A stretch of 60,298 bases of DNA, counting the filler, from Basidiobolus ranarum (Eukaryota): NCBI GenBank assembly GCA_040143965.1. It is 14 parts of 14 records of this genome, joined end to end, with 100 filler letters (N's around TTAATTAATTAA, not from the genome) between each part and the next. Parts side by side here need not be neighbours in the genome. Positions count along the whole stretch, not along the records: positions 25,954 to 30,168 come from JASJQH010008941.1; positions 30,269 to 34,483 come from JASJQH010008942.1; positions 34,584 to 38,792 come from JASJQH010008943.1; positions 38,893 to 43,100 come from JASJQH010008944.1; 10 more parts are not named here. One strand, given 5' to 3'. Position numbers and translations under genes: made by a program. Position 1 is the first letter of the stretch. Each line of letters starts with the position of its first letter. Under the pieces are notes generated by a model, which was given only the letters and a program-made list of their open reading frames with translations, did not search any database and was not told where the DNA came from. Positions 27,821 to 39,130 of the stretch are shown here, piece after piece.

Positions 27821-29428
27821 ATGTCGAATTTAGAAGTTCGCAAAACCTTTCGAAATGGCAACAAGGATATACCTTACAAGATTTTATCGGTGGTATTCTT
27901 TGCTCTACTTTTGGACATTCTATCTTTCACCATCATCCTTCCACTCTTACCAAGGCTGATTGAATACTATGAGGTGCTCGAAGTCGGTCAAGCGGTAACG
28001 TATTGGTTTCCTCACTTATCTTTTACAAGGAGGATTTATTCAATTTTTCTTCCCCCACCAGGACACACTACTTAGCTCTGTGATGTACTATATTGGATAC
28101 TTTAAGAAAAACGTCATTGGAGAAGTAGGAGATTCTCGAGTGGATATAGTCTTGTTGGGTGGTGCACTTGGCTCATTGTTCTCTTTACTACAAAGTATAG
28201 TGGCTCCTTTTATTGGACGTATGTCTGATATTTACGGTCGTAGAAAGATACTTCTAATTACCACCGTATGTTCTCTCTGGTACAGCTATCCATTTAAAAC
28301 AAGTAATAGAATGTTATCCCTTCTTTTTATTTAGTTTGGGAACGCAGTTTCTTGTTTGATATGGGTATTCGCTCAAGACTTCAAGACATTTGTGATATTC
28401 CGAGTGGTAGGTGGATTGTGCGAAGGAAATGTACAACTCTCCAGTGCCATCATCTCGGATATTACTACACCTGAGACTCGATCCAAGGGCTTGGTAAGAA
28501 TTTAGTGGGTTTAATACCAGCGACATATCATATTTACCGTATATATTAGGCACTTATCGGGGTAGCTTTCGCTATTTCGTTCACGTTCGGCCCAGCTACC
28601 GGAGCATTCTTTGCTTCTAAAGATCTATCCTCTTCCTATCCTAACATTACCAATTGGGGACTCCATCCGTACTCGTACGCAGCATTAATCTCTTTGATCT
28701 TGGTTCTGGTGGAGATGGTATATTTGTATATCTTTCTTGAAGAAACCATAGACTATAAAAGAAAATGCTTATCCACCGATACTGAGAGTAAAGTAGATAA
28801 AGTTCAACTGGATTCCGATATACGATTAAAAGTGAAAAGTATTGACTTTCTAAATTGGACACATTTCATATTCATTTTTGTCTTCGCTGGTATGGAGTAT
28901 ACCATAACTTTCCTCACTTTTGATGTATTTGACTTTGATAATATGCAACAGGGGAAATTACTTGGTTTCATCGGCATCTTATCCGCTTTACTTCAAGGTG
29001 GTTATGTACGAAGAATGGCCTACAAAATTGGGGAAAAAAGAATCGTGGTTCAAGGTGCGGTTAGTTGTGCTGCTGGATTAGGCTCAATAGCATTCTTGGC
29101 TATAGGAAATAAGTCTATATTTTGGTTATACGTTGGTGCATTTTTTTTGGCTTTCACTTCAGCCACGGTTGTGAACTGTTTGACCGCGTTGGTCTCTTTA
29201 CATTGTGATCAGGAGTTAAGTGATCAACTAGCTCGAGGTCATGTACTGGGGAAATTCCGGTCTTTTGGTCAGATTGGTCGGGCGGCCGGACCTATAGCCG
29301 CCAGCTCGTTCTACTGGGTATTTGGGGGTATCAAATGCTACGGATATGGTTGCTTTGCCATGTTGATAATCACGTTTGCTATTACAAGTCTCATCCAACA
29401 ACCCAAGATTAAAAGTAAGTCGATATAG
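27821..29428 (+). CDS. MFS transporter, MFSD10/tetracycline-transporter-like, multi-exon
   Basis: LLLDILSFTIILPLLP, motif A GRMSDIYGRRK, FRSFGQIGRAAGP; multiple TM segments; GT-AG introns link the ORFs. Confidence 0.9.
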
Positions 29429-29883
29429 ACTCACTTTATTGATGAATTTCCTCGAATATCGGTAGATTTTTATTTTCCGTCTCTTAGAAAGATTCCCATA
29501 CCATTCATGTGTTAAAATTGGGTCTTGATTGAACTACCATGGTTTTTATAACCATCGATAAGAATCTTTTTTCTTTCTGCATGTTCCCCTTTCTAATCCC
29601 TGAAGCCCTTCATCTTTCTTGGGAATTTACTCAGATTTGTTCCACCTAGTCATATCGACTATTGGCTTTAAAATGGATTCCCAACTAAACTATAATTAAA
29701 TCAGATTGATGGTACTCTTACTACCTTGGCTTTGAAATTACTACATACGTACGCTAGATTCTTCCTAGTTTTTGTTTATTACCAATCTATAAAAGGTGGA
29801 AATAATTTACTATTCTTTGTTAAAGCAAAGATATAGTAATGTAAAGATTATAGGGTTACCTAATCAATGAAAATATAATAGTT

Positions 29884-30168
29884 TGTTAAAGTATTTGGGA
29901 GCCTGTTGGAAGTGGTTTGGAGAATTAGAGGAATTGGTGGTTTTCACTTATTGATTTATTGAGTAGAAAGTTGACATTTATAGTTTTGTCAAGATGTAAA
30001 CAAACTAACGTGTAGAATATGTTAAGGAAGGTCCCAGGAACATGTGTGCAAAGTTTGGGGCTTCTAGCACAAGTTTGAAAAATCTATATATCTGAGAACT
30101 TCTAAGTTGGTAAAAATATTCTAAGTAAATTCCGATTGAGAATAATTGATAATATCTTAGTGAATTAC
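29884..30168 (-). mobile_element. Copia-family LTR (3' or solo), cut by contig end
   Basis: Begins TGTTAAAGTATTTGGGAG on +, homologous to 402-749, no PBS beside it. Confidence 0.85.
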
Positions 30169-30268
30169 NNNNNNNNNNNNNNNNNNNNNNNNNNNNNNNN
30201 NNNNNNNNNNNNTTAATTAATTAANNNNNNNNNNNNNNNNNNNNNNNNNNNNNNNNNNNNNNNNNNNN

Positions 30269-30536
30269 GTGACAAATTAGCGTTCAAGTGGTAATTGTGT
30301 AAAATTTGAGTTATGTTTTTTGCACATGTGTTGATCCATAGTTCTCTGAGATTTTAGCCAATCATTTGCAACTATTTTGCAAGATCTTGAAGTTTCACTC
30401 CTGAAACTGAAAAAATTGATTAAAATCAAATCTAACTTGACGTTTTTATGATGGTAAGTAAACAGTCAACCCCAAATGAATTAAAATTGTGACGGTTTTC
30501 CTACAATAACAATCCTCAAATTTCTGTTAGGGCTTT
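30269..30536 (+). mobile_element. CACTA-like element fragment (ORF1 end and inter-ORF region)
   Basis: Colinear with 54469-54725 and with the reverse complement of 42357-42618. Confidence 0.7.
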
Positions 30537-31728
30537 GATTATCTTGAAATATTGCAGTTGGTGAATTTGAGAATAACCTAGACCTGTTAAGAGTTTTCTT
30601 AACCATATTGCTTCTTTCATTGCTTTGTAGGCAGCCATGTATTCTGCTTCTGTTATTGAAAGTGCTATGGTAGGTTGTTTCTTTGAATTCCAAGAAATAG
30701 CTCCAGTGTTATGCACCAACATACAAAGTTGTTTAACTTATGCCCTATCTATACAACTTGCATGAACATCTGTTTAGTTCATCATCATTGCTAACTAGGC
30801 ACCTGACCTTATCCAGTGACTCTATCATGTGACTTATCACATGATTAACTATCTATTCTCTTATCCCTTCTATCAGAGCATATGATCAATGACATGATCA
30901 TTATCCAATCAGTACAACCCCTGAGTCATCTGCCTAGACCCAAGTTACTATGAGTCACAAGATGCATAATCAATGATCTTTTACTGCCAAGACTTCAGCT
31001 GATGCATGAATCACTTATCTATCTATCTATCTATCCAATCACATTTTCTTTTGTCAAAATTAGTCATCCAATATCTTGGCACTGACTAATTCTCTTTGCA
31101 ATCAACAAGTATAAATAAAGCTAACTGAACCTTTTGGTTTAGTGCTTGTCTTAACAAATATGGGATCTCAACTTCTCACAGTGTTTCTCAACCAATTTAA
31201 TATTCCCCTGTTATTTCTATCTAAGCCTAGTATCCGCTAGCATCTATAGATCACCAAGCCTAGCTGCCTAGTGAATCTACTCTCTACTGCAACATAGCAA
31301 TCCACTGCTAATCCCAAGACATATATTAGTCAGATCTGCTCTGTTAATATATCCTGCTCAAATAGTTCTAAGATTCTGCACTTAACTGTTTCTTTGGTTC
31401 AGTAAAGGTCAAGACCTTTTGTCCACTTTTCTCTTGGACACATCATCCATTACAGTAAAGAAATAAGTATCTTGTTGTAGATCTCCTGTCTTCAATATCT
31501 CTTCCCCAATTTGTGTCTGAATATCCTATCAGATCAAAGTTTGATCCAGAATATAGGTATTTTAAGCACAGATCCACAGTACCTTTCAAATATCTGAATA
31601 TCCACTTAACTGCCATGACTTGATCAGATCCATATTTTTAAAGATATTAGCACATAACTCCCACAGAATATGCAATATGTGGTTGTGTTACAACCATGAT
31701 ATACATCAAACTACCAACCATATATTGA
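30537..31728 (-). mobile_element. Ty1/Copia pol remnant (RT end and RNase H) split by a solo LTR
   Basis: GSLMYIMVVTQPHIAYSVGV (RT); EDRRSTTRYLFLYCNG|AISWNSKKQPTIALSITEAEYMA (RNase H) after removing the insert. Confidence 0.88.
30707..31445. mobile_element. Solo LTR of a second LTR family, 739 bp
   Basis: TG...CA ends, flanks TCCAG/TCCAT (4/5 TSD), full-length homologue at 45328-46067. Confidence 0.85.
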
Positions 31729-32594
31729 TTTAGGTTTGGGTTTCTAGCACAAGTTTGAAAAACCTATATATTTGAGAACTTCTAAGTTAGTTGAAATATT
31801 CAAAGTAAATTCTATTTGAGAATAATGGATAATGTCTTAGTGAAATATAAGATAACTAAGTACTAAGCTAAGTAAAACTATATATGTGCTTAGGCAATGC
31901 TAATTTCAACAGGCAGAACATGTTTGGTAGGTGTCTTCCAAGGCTTTCCATACCTTCTTGGCAGTTTTAGCTCTTGTACATTGAATTAGCAATTTATATT
32001 TAACATTATGACAAATTGTAGTTAAGGCACTTTGTTCTTCTTAACCTGGAGTAAGACTTTGGTTTCAGATACTTGTGCATTGCTTTCTACTCCTACAACA
32101 GTGTCCCAAAGTCCTTTCTCTTGCAGCAGCATTTCATTTTAATTTTCCAAACTTGATAATTGGTTCCATTCAATTTTTCCAAAGAGGGAAAAGTACCATA
32201 AATTTGAGTAGACATTACAGAGAGTGCAAGCTTGGGGATTGTAACCTGTTAAAGTATTTGGGAGCCTGTTGGAAGTGGTTTGGAAAATTAGAGAAATTGG
32301 TTTTTTTCACTTATTGATTTATTGAGTAGAAAGATGACATTTATAGTTTTGTCACAATGTACACAAACTAACATGTATCATGTGTTAAGCAAGGTTACAA
32401 GAACAAGTGTGCAAGGTTTGGGGCTTCTAGCACAAGTTTGAAAAACCTTTATATCTGAGAACTTCTAAGTTGGTGAAAATATTCCAAGTAAATTCCGATT
32501 GAGTATAATGGATAATATCTTAGTGAAATATAAGATAACTAAGTACTAAGCTATATATGACTATATAGGTGTTTAGGCAATGCTAATTTCAACA
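31729..32594 (-). mobile_element. Partial Copia LTR (to 31911) abutting a second copy: gag 31912-32246 and 5' LTR 32247-32594
   Basis: Two LTR ends TTTCAACA at 31911 and 32594; intervening sequence colinear with 62-401. Confidence 0.85.
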
Positions 32595-33510
32595 TGTCAT
32601 ACGCGATGCACTGGTTACTTAGCATACCAGGTTTTGCACCAATCCTGTGTTGGTTAAGATATCACGATTTGTAAATCTATAGCAAGAAAAGTGGATCAGT
32701 TTCAAGCACAAATAGAATGACCAACACTCTTTGCTGTGGATGGTGCGAAATTCGAGCAAGCCATGAACCCTCTTCTATCTGCGGCTACACCGAAATAAAG
32801 GTACCATATCTCTGGCTTATAATCTGGTTGCTGTAGTGCACCTACATAGCTCCTCACTTGGCGCCTATATCCAATGAAGGATGATGAATTGTAATCGAGT
32901 AAACTAACATCAGCAACCTTGTTCGCGATGAACAATTCTAACTCCAATTCTCACCAGATTGTAGTAACTGACTTAGGTCTCGGATGAACTCTCGTAATCC
33001 ATCCCACTCTTACCTGCCTTAGCAATCATGATAAAGAGATGATCTTCGCCCAGATATCTAACATGGGTCAGACGCTAAGCCAACCAAAATATCCCATTTA
33101 GTAATAAAATCACAGCAGCAAAGATAAATCCAAAACTACGGAATCATTCTCAATGCAGATGTAAGAAAGTTCTATAATAGTTCTAGAGTAAGCAAATATG
33201 AGAGAGCTGTGTTGAACACGATTGGCTCAGTAGTTCTTAAGTCAATCTGCGTCCTAAAATATTCGAACCTTACTCACTGATTGGTAAAGAATATTCCAGA
33301 ATGGGCCCTGCGGAAAGCTGTGTTCTAGCCCAAAAAAGCCCACCTAAGCCTATTTTTACTATAAATATAAGATGCAAATCTACCATCACCTACAAGAAGC
33401 CCATCTATACTTGGACTTCAGCTGACAGCCAGCTTTCAATCCACATTTACACCTGACCCACACCAACTCGCTTTTTCTGCGGATACTTACACTTGATTCT
33501 ACCACACTTC

Positions 33511-34074
33511 ATGAGTAAAATTGGCATTATCATCGGTAGCACACGCCCCAACAGAATTGGCGGCCAGATTGCCTCTTGGGTGCTTGATATCGTCTCAGAT
33601 ATTCCAGATATGAGTTTTGAATTGGTGGACCTTGCGGAATGGAACTTACCTCTCTTAAATGAGCCAGGTATTGCAGCAAAGGATGAGTATGTTCATGAGC
33701 ACACAAGGGCATGGAGTAAACAGATAAACTCTGAGGATGCTTACATCTTCATTACCCCTCAATACAACTGGGGATATCCAGCCGCACTCAAAAACGCCAT
33801 CGACTATCTCTACAAAGAATGGAACGGAAAACCCGCAGTTATAATCAGCTATGCGCATCGTGGAGGAGGAAGAGCTGCTGCACAACTTCGACAAGTATTA
33901 GAGGGCGTTAGGATGCTACCAGCCACAACCATGCCTGCTATTGCTTTCAACGACGCAATGCTTACTGAGACTGGTGCGCTGAGAGATCCTCATGATAGTT
34001 TCTCGCAATATGTCGATGTAATCAAGGATTCTTTAAAAGAATTAGTCGACCTGCTGAAAAAACGAGAATCGTGA
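33511..34074 (+). CDS. NADPH-dependent FMN reductase (flavodoxin-like fold), 187 aa, intronless
   Basis: IIIGSTRPNRIG, ITPQYNWGYPAALKNAIDYLYKEWNGKP, GGGRAAAQLRQVL. Confidence 0.92.
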   Translation: MSKIGIIIGSTRPNRIGGQIASWVLDIVSDIPDMSFELVDLAEWNLPLLNEPGIAAKDEYVHEHTRAWSKQINSEDAYIFITPQYNWGYPAALKNAIDYLYKEWNGKPAVIISYAHRGGGRAAAQLRQVLEGVRMLPATTMPAIAFNDAMLTETGALRDPHDSFSQYVDVIKDSLKELVDLLKKRES

Positions 34075-34301
34075 TGCAATAGCTCAGTAAGTGGTGAGTG
34101 TGCATGACCACTATCTATTATGTATATGTCTAATAACCATCCTGGAAACCTTACACTGCTCAGTTGGGTACAGCTTGTTTATTTACTATTTACAGATATT
34201 TTCAATTCAAATACATGAAGTACTGCAACGCTCAAGCCTGGTTACTTCTAAATAATGCTTAGATTTCAGTCAATAAACCTCGAATTAAGCAAGTCTATTG
34301 A

Positions 34302-34483
34302 TCACTCATTGTCTTGAAGTATCCACCAAGCCCTTCCTGGTGTATCGTTTTCCCAAGTATCCACGCACCCCACACCCTGACCATTCGGAGTATTGGTTCC
34401 ACATCTACCAACGATGAACAAGGTGGTTCCGTTGGAGCCTCCAAATTCGATATTTGTCCCAAATGAAAAACTTGTTTTAATAG
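34302..34483 (-). CDS. C-terminal fragment of probable SMP-30/gluconolactonase-like beta-propeller protein
   Basis: Reads IKTSFSFGTNIEFGGSNGTTLFIVGRC...GCVDTWENDTPGRAWWILQDNE*; TNxxFGGxxGxTLFI resembles the last blade of this family. Confidence 0.55.
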
Positions 34484-34583
34484 NNNNNNNNNNNNNNNNN
34501 NNNNNNNNNNNNNNNNNNNNNNNNNNNTTAATTAATTAANNNNNNNNNNNNNNNNNNNNNNNNNNNNNNNNNNNNNNNNNNNN

Positions 34584-35117
34584 CTCGACTTCACGTCCTG
34601 AAGTAAACAGCTGTGAAGGAACAGGTGGAGTCATAGCGACGTCTGTGAAGCCACTTAGAGTTGTTTAGTACACAAGCAAAGAAGAGATGCTAGAAACAAA
34701 AATACTTACATGTATTCGAGGTTCTTTGCATCCTGGAGATAACTTGGGTTATCATTACTTAAATTGCACTTAAAGAGAACTCTAAGAAGCAAACATCTGT
34801 AAGGATACTGAGATGGTCAAAATCGCGAATAACAACTACTCACAATCGTTGAAGTGAAGGGATCTTCTCTAAGGCTGATATTATATTTACTGGTTTATCG
34901 TCCTGGCAGGTTAGAGTACTAAGCATAGTATTAGTGACATGCTAAAGTAGTAATGGAGTTTGTATCAGCAAAATACCTACATGCCGCTAATTTGGTTGTC
35001 TTGACAAATCAAGAATAGCTCTCCATTGCTGCAAGCACAAGGGTTGGTTGAGTTGAATTGCCATTGTGGGACGCCTGTTTGACTTAAAGCGTTGCATTGT
35101 TCCGTAGAGAGCGACAT
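34584..35117 (-). CDS. Plant-type LRR protein, 5' part, cut by contig end (true start uncertain)
   Basis: Exons 35117-34981, 34918-34844, 34781-34710, 34653-34584 splice in frame: QWQFNSTNPCAC...LICQDNQISGITL...LEKIPSLQRLVLFKCNLSNDNPSYLQDAKNLEYIGF...PVPSQLF. Confidence 0.7.
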
Positions 35118-38100
35118 GTTTGAAAAGAGGGGTTTACCAGGAGTAATAAGAAAATATGGATGCTACCGACAGGTCTATTATTCTTATATCCGTTGGATGT
35201 CCATAAAAAACCAAAGTAGTTATTTTTACGTCTCTGAATAGTAAACTGGTTCGAAACTTCTTTAATTTTATCATGCGCAAATCTATATCCATTGGCTACT
35301 TTGGTTTCCATGTCAATACAAAAGGTTAAAAATAAGTACTTCCATTTGGATTCGTATTGATCTATTCTGGTGGATACCTCGATTTGAGCCACAATCTCTG
35401 GATAAACTCCCTACAGTAGTGACTGTTGTGGTGATGGATAAGAGGTCGTTATACAAGTTGAACACTAGTAAGTGGGTGTAGAAACTGGTTTGCATTGGTC
35501 TTTGGCTACATTAAAAGATTTGCTTGTCATATGTGGAAGTTATGTAGCTATTTTCTTCCAGTGCTGCTGAAACACAGTAAGAGTGCTTTGACGTAATGTG
35601 TGAGCTTGTCAAGGAGAGCCAATGGACTTGCTAAGCATATTTACTATTCAATGTGTTTACTTCCCTTATCAGGCATTCCTTCCAACAACAATTGGTCAAC
35701 TGTCGGGTGATTTGGATATCATTATGGCTTCGGATATATATTTAAGCAATAGGCAGTGATGATGATCGCCGAGGTCACATACAAATTTGTACTAATCTCT
35801 TTGCAAACCACAAGACTCGTTTCAGATAATGTTATAGCCATGACAAATTTCCAAATCACAACAAATCAGAGGGATTGTCATCTTTAGTCAGAAGGAGCAC
35901 CGTATAGCGATTTCCTCCAAACATGAGAAAACTCATAGCAGCGCGCAACGTGGGCCTCATTAAGTTTGATAAGATGTTCATGCCAACTTCGTGATGATTG
36001 TTAGTTCCGTCTAATATGTCTTGAGGGAATGCATCACCTTACTGGCTCTCGCGAGTTGTATATATCGTTATAGCAATCTAAAGAAGGAAATACTCTAAGG
36101 GAAGCAATATGATACAATTACTGCATAGATCAGATCGTATACGGTAGCATCGGTACAAATTTGAGCGTAACCTGGTGTAATCAGCTTACTCAATACTTCA
36201 TCGTGGCGACCTGTAGCACTAAAAACCTTCGATGACTGTTTTTATGCCTAGGAATTAGGCGCATGGTTCCTAGGAATCGCTGAAAAATAACTGCTATTCT
36301 CGACTCTAACTTTTGAGTAGAAGTAACGAAAGTTACGGTATCCGAAGAAGTGTTCACTGTTCGTCGGACATTCCATGAACGCAGTACTAAGACCATGTCT
36401 GGATAATGTCCAAGTGGCCAGAGGTAACCAAAAGCGTAAGTTCCCTTGAGTGGCCCAGTCTCTTTTGGTCATTTGTTGTTATATCCAAGTAGAGTTTGTG
36501 ATCAGCTCAGGTCAGAATAGATTTCCATATCTTATGACCATATCCAAAACTCATATGATCTGCATTATTAGGATCCCCTTCTACTGTAATATATATACAA
36601 GTGAAGTGAATGTTGAATACCGGAATTCGGTAAAATTAAAATGATTCCATTTGTCCCGAGTTACATATACTTTCAACTAGGATGATCCTTGATTTCAAGT
36701 AATCATTTAAAATTGTATTTAATTTACTCATTGATTCCCAGGGGGTACCATCATATTTTTATTTATGAATATATACAGAACACCTCAATCTTTGGATCAT
36801 TGTTATAACAGAAGAAACAGAGTCAAAGAACCCTACAGAATCTCTAAGAAACAGGGAAAAACAAAAGCCTACTTAGTGAGATGTTTGCACGAAATTCACT
36901 TTAGCTTTAAACCCTGAGATTTATAAAATATACTACAAATTTGGCGTTTCTCAGACGAAACTTGTGCCGTTACTCACAAAATCATCGTAAAAGATTATAT
37001 ACACTTGGGTTGTGTCAACCTCTCATTACCACTCTGTAAAAATGAGCTTCTTAAAATGGTTTGCTTAAATATCTGTAGAAATGGAAGAAATGACTACTTA
37101 CTCTTAAGTTGTTTACTCCTACTACACACCAATGATACACTTCGAAACTACGAATACTTTATTCCAAAGATATCTTTTTGGATATAGTACAGTAAAATCT
37201 CAGTTGAAAAAATCAGACATCAAAAGCAAATAGTTTATGACATCTGCAACCTAAACGTTGAGAATATGTAGTTTCTCGATGTTGTAGCTTTCATTGCACT
37301 GTCTAACGATTCCCCAAATCACTTCCAATGGCTAGATTAACAAATTCATGAAGTTGAGGGACGTGTATTCTATTTCTTAACAGTGAGAAAATACGCAACG
37401 TTAGTTAACACTTTTGTCATTCTTCCAAACGTTGACCAACTGTCGGCTATATTCCAGGTAATATGTGGTCGGAATATTGGATAATATGTACTTAGTTTCT
37501 TGGTGTGCTCAATGGCTAGGCTTGTGTATATGTATTCTGAGAGTAATGAAGGTTCACCAGTATCATAACTTTGGTTAACACTGTCAAGTATTGATCGAAG
37601 GCCGTTACAATGATCACCTGTACTGTTTAATATCAAAACATCCAATTGTTGATGATCATGATGGTGCTTATATATTACATATTGATAAATAATTCATTAG
37701 AGCAATACAAAGCAAAGTGAGGATACCCCAACGTGCAGGAGAATCAGTATACCTTTGATCGTAGTTCTTCGTGATAGTTTTTCTCATGTAATTATATACT
37801 GTTGATTTCACCTCACATCCAGTTTTTCTTTATAAGCTCTCTTCTACATTCTAACATACTAGACTAAGCTGCTCACAGGTAGCCTCCTCGTCTGTTTTTT
37901 AGTACTTATTACCTCTAAACTTGCATAACTAATATCTCAATAGGTTTGTATCTATATTGTTGGTTCGTATACACACCGATAGTCTTAGTGGTCTTCGCAC
38001 TGAATGAAAGCACTTTGTCATTTAAAATTGAACACTGGCACCACATGTTGCCTTTCCTTCTATACCTTAAAATCATATAATTTTCGTTGATAGGTAAGGA

Positions 38101-38485
38101 GTATATTCACGCAAACAATAAAAGATGGAGTAATGGGAGAGATTCAAGGCACTACAATATTAGGTCCTCAACTTGAACCGAATGTTGATTTGTCTCACCC
38201 TGGAGTTTCTTCTCTCCATAAGTTATTAATGCATTTCTACCAGAATGTCATCTCATTCAGAGTAAATAATTCATCACACTTACTGTTACAATGAAAGAAG
38301 GGGTGGATATCTGCTTATATCTACCAGAAACTTTACTTGGGGTGATGGCAAAAGAACCAGTCTTTTATTAATAAATATTCAACCCAAAAGCCGGGGATGG
38401 GTTTTTTAAAATCTGAGAGATTCAGAGCATTAGGTGATAGAGAACTCCAAAGAGTGTCAGGTATCAGATGGGTTTTGGAATGATC

Positions 38486-38760
38486 TCAACATCCAGAACC
38501 AAAAGGAATTCCCCAGAAATTAGAGTGAGCGCCAATACCAATAGGAATAGTTACGCCAGCGATGCAATTCGAGTCCTCTTGGACTTTTCCATTAGCAACA
38601 TCCTCACAGGCAATGGTATTTTTGTCCTTGCGAATATATATTTCATGTGGATGATGGAGATATCCCCAATGCTTGGGTGGGAGTCGGGCCACTGGGTCGT
38701 TTTTGTTGGTTACTCTGGCAAGTGTTTGGCGTGTAGAGATATTGCCAAATGTATCCTTAA
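38486..38760 (-). CDS. Class 3 lipase, last exon (rest beyond contig end)
   Basis: RVTNKNDPVARLPP..WGYLHHPHEIYI and C-terminal AHSNFWG; branch point and AG acceptor just upstream. Confidence 0.8.
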
Positions 38761-38892
38761 CTAAATTAGCAAACTTGGAATATCCAGTTATTNNNNNNNN
38801 NNNNNNNNNNNNNNNNNNNNNNNNNNNNNNNNNNNNTTAATTAATTAANNNNNNNNNNNNNNNNNNNNNNNNNNNNNNNNNNNNNNNNNNNN

Positions 38893-39130
38893 AATGTTGC
38901 TGAATCAACATTCTTCCAGCTATCTGGCAGATACCCTGCAATATTGTGCCACTCTGTATTAAGTTCTTCCCAGATATCTGCATGGTCAACACCAGACTGA
39001 ATGACAAGTTGAATGTTCTTCTTCTGAAGCCACTTTCTGCATACTTGCACTGTGTTTTCCCTTCATACTTTTAAAAATACTCCTCAAGAACTTTGACTAT
39101 TTTTATATGTCCCTGCAATATGACACTATT
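38893..39130 (-). mobile_element. CACTA-like ORF1 fragment interrupted by a Copia insertion
   Basis: Colinear with about 42748-42984 (WHNIAGYLPDSWKNVDSA). Confidence 0.7.

Noticed and set aside
30125..30168. Joining the end of contig 7 to the start of contig 12 (42-bp overlap at 47506) as one solo LTR
   Set aside because: Overlap lies inside a multicopy LTR, the last base disagrees, and flanks TAGTT vs ATAAG give no TSD
34302..35117. Minus-strand fragments either side of the 34484 linker as one gene
   Set aside because: Different contigs and different apparent folds (LRR vs beta-propeller)
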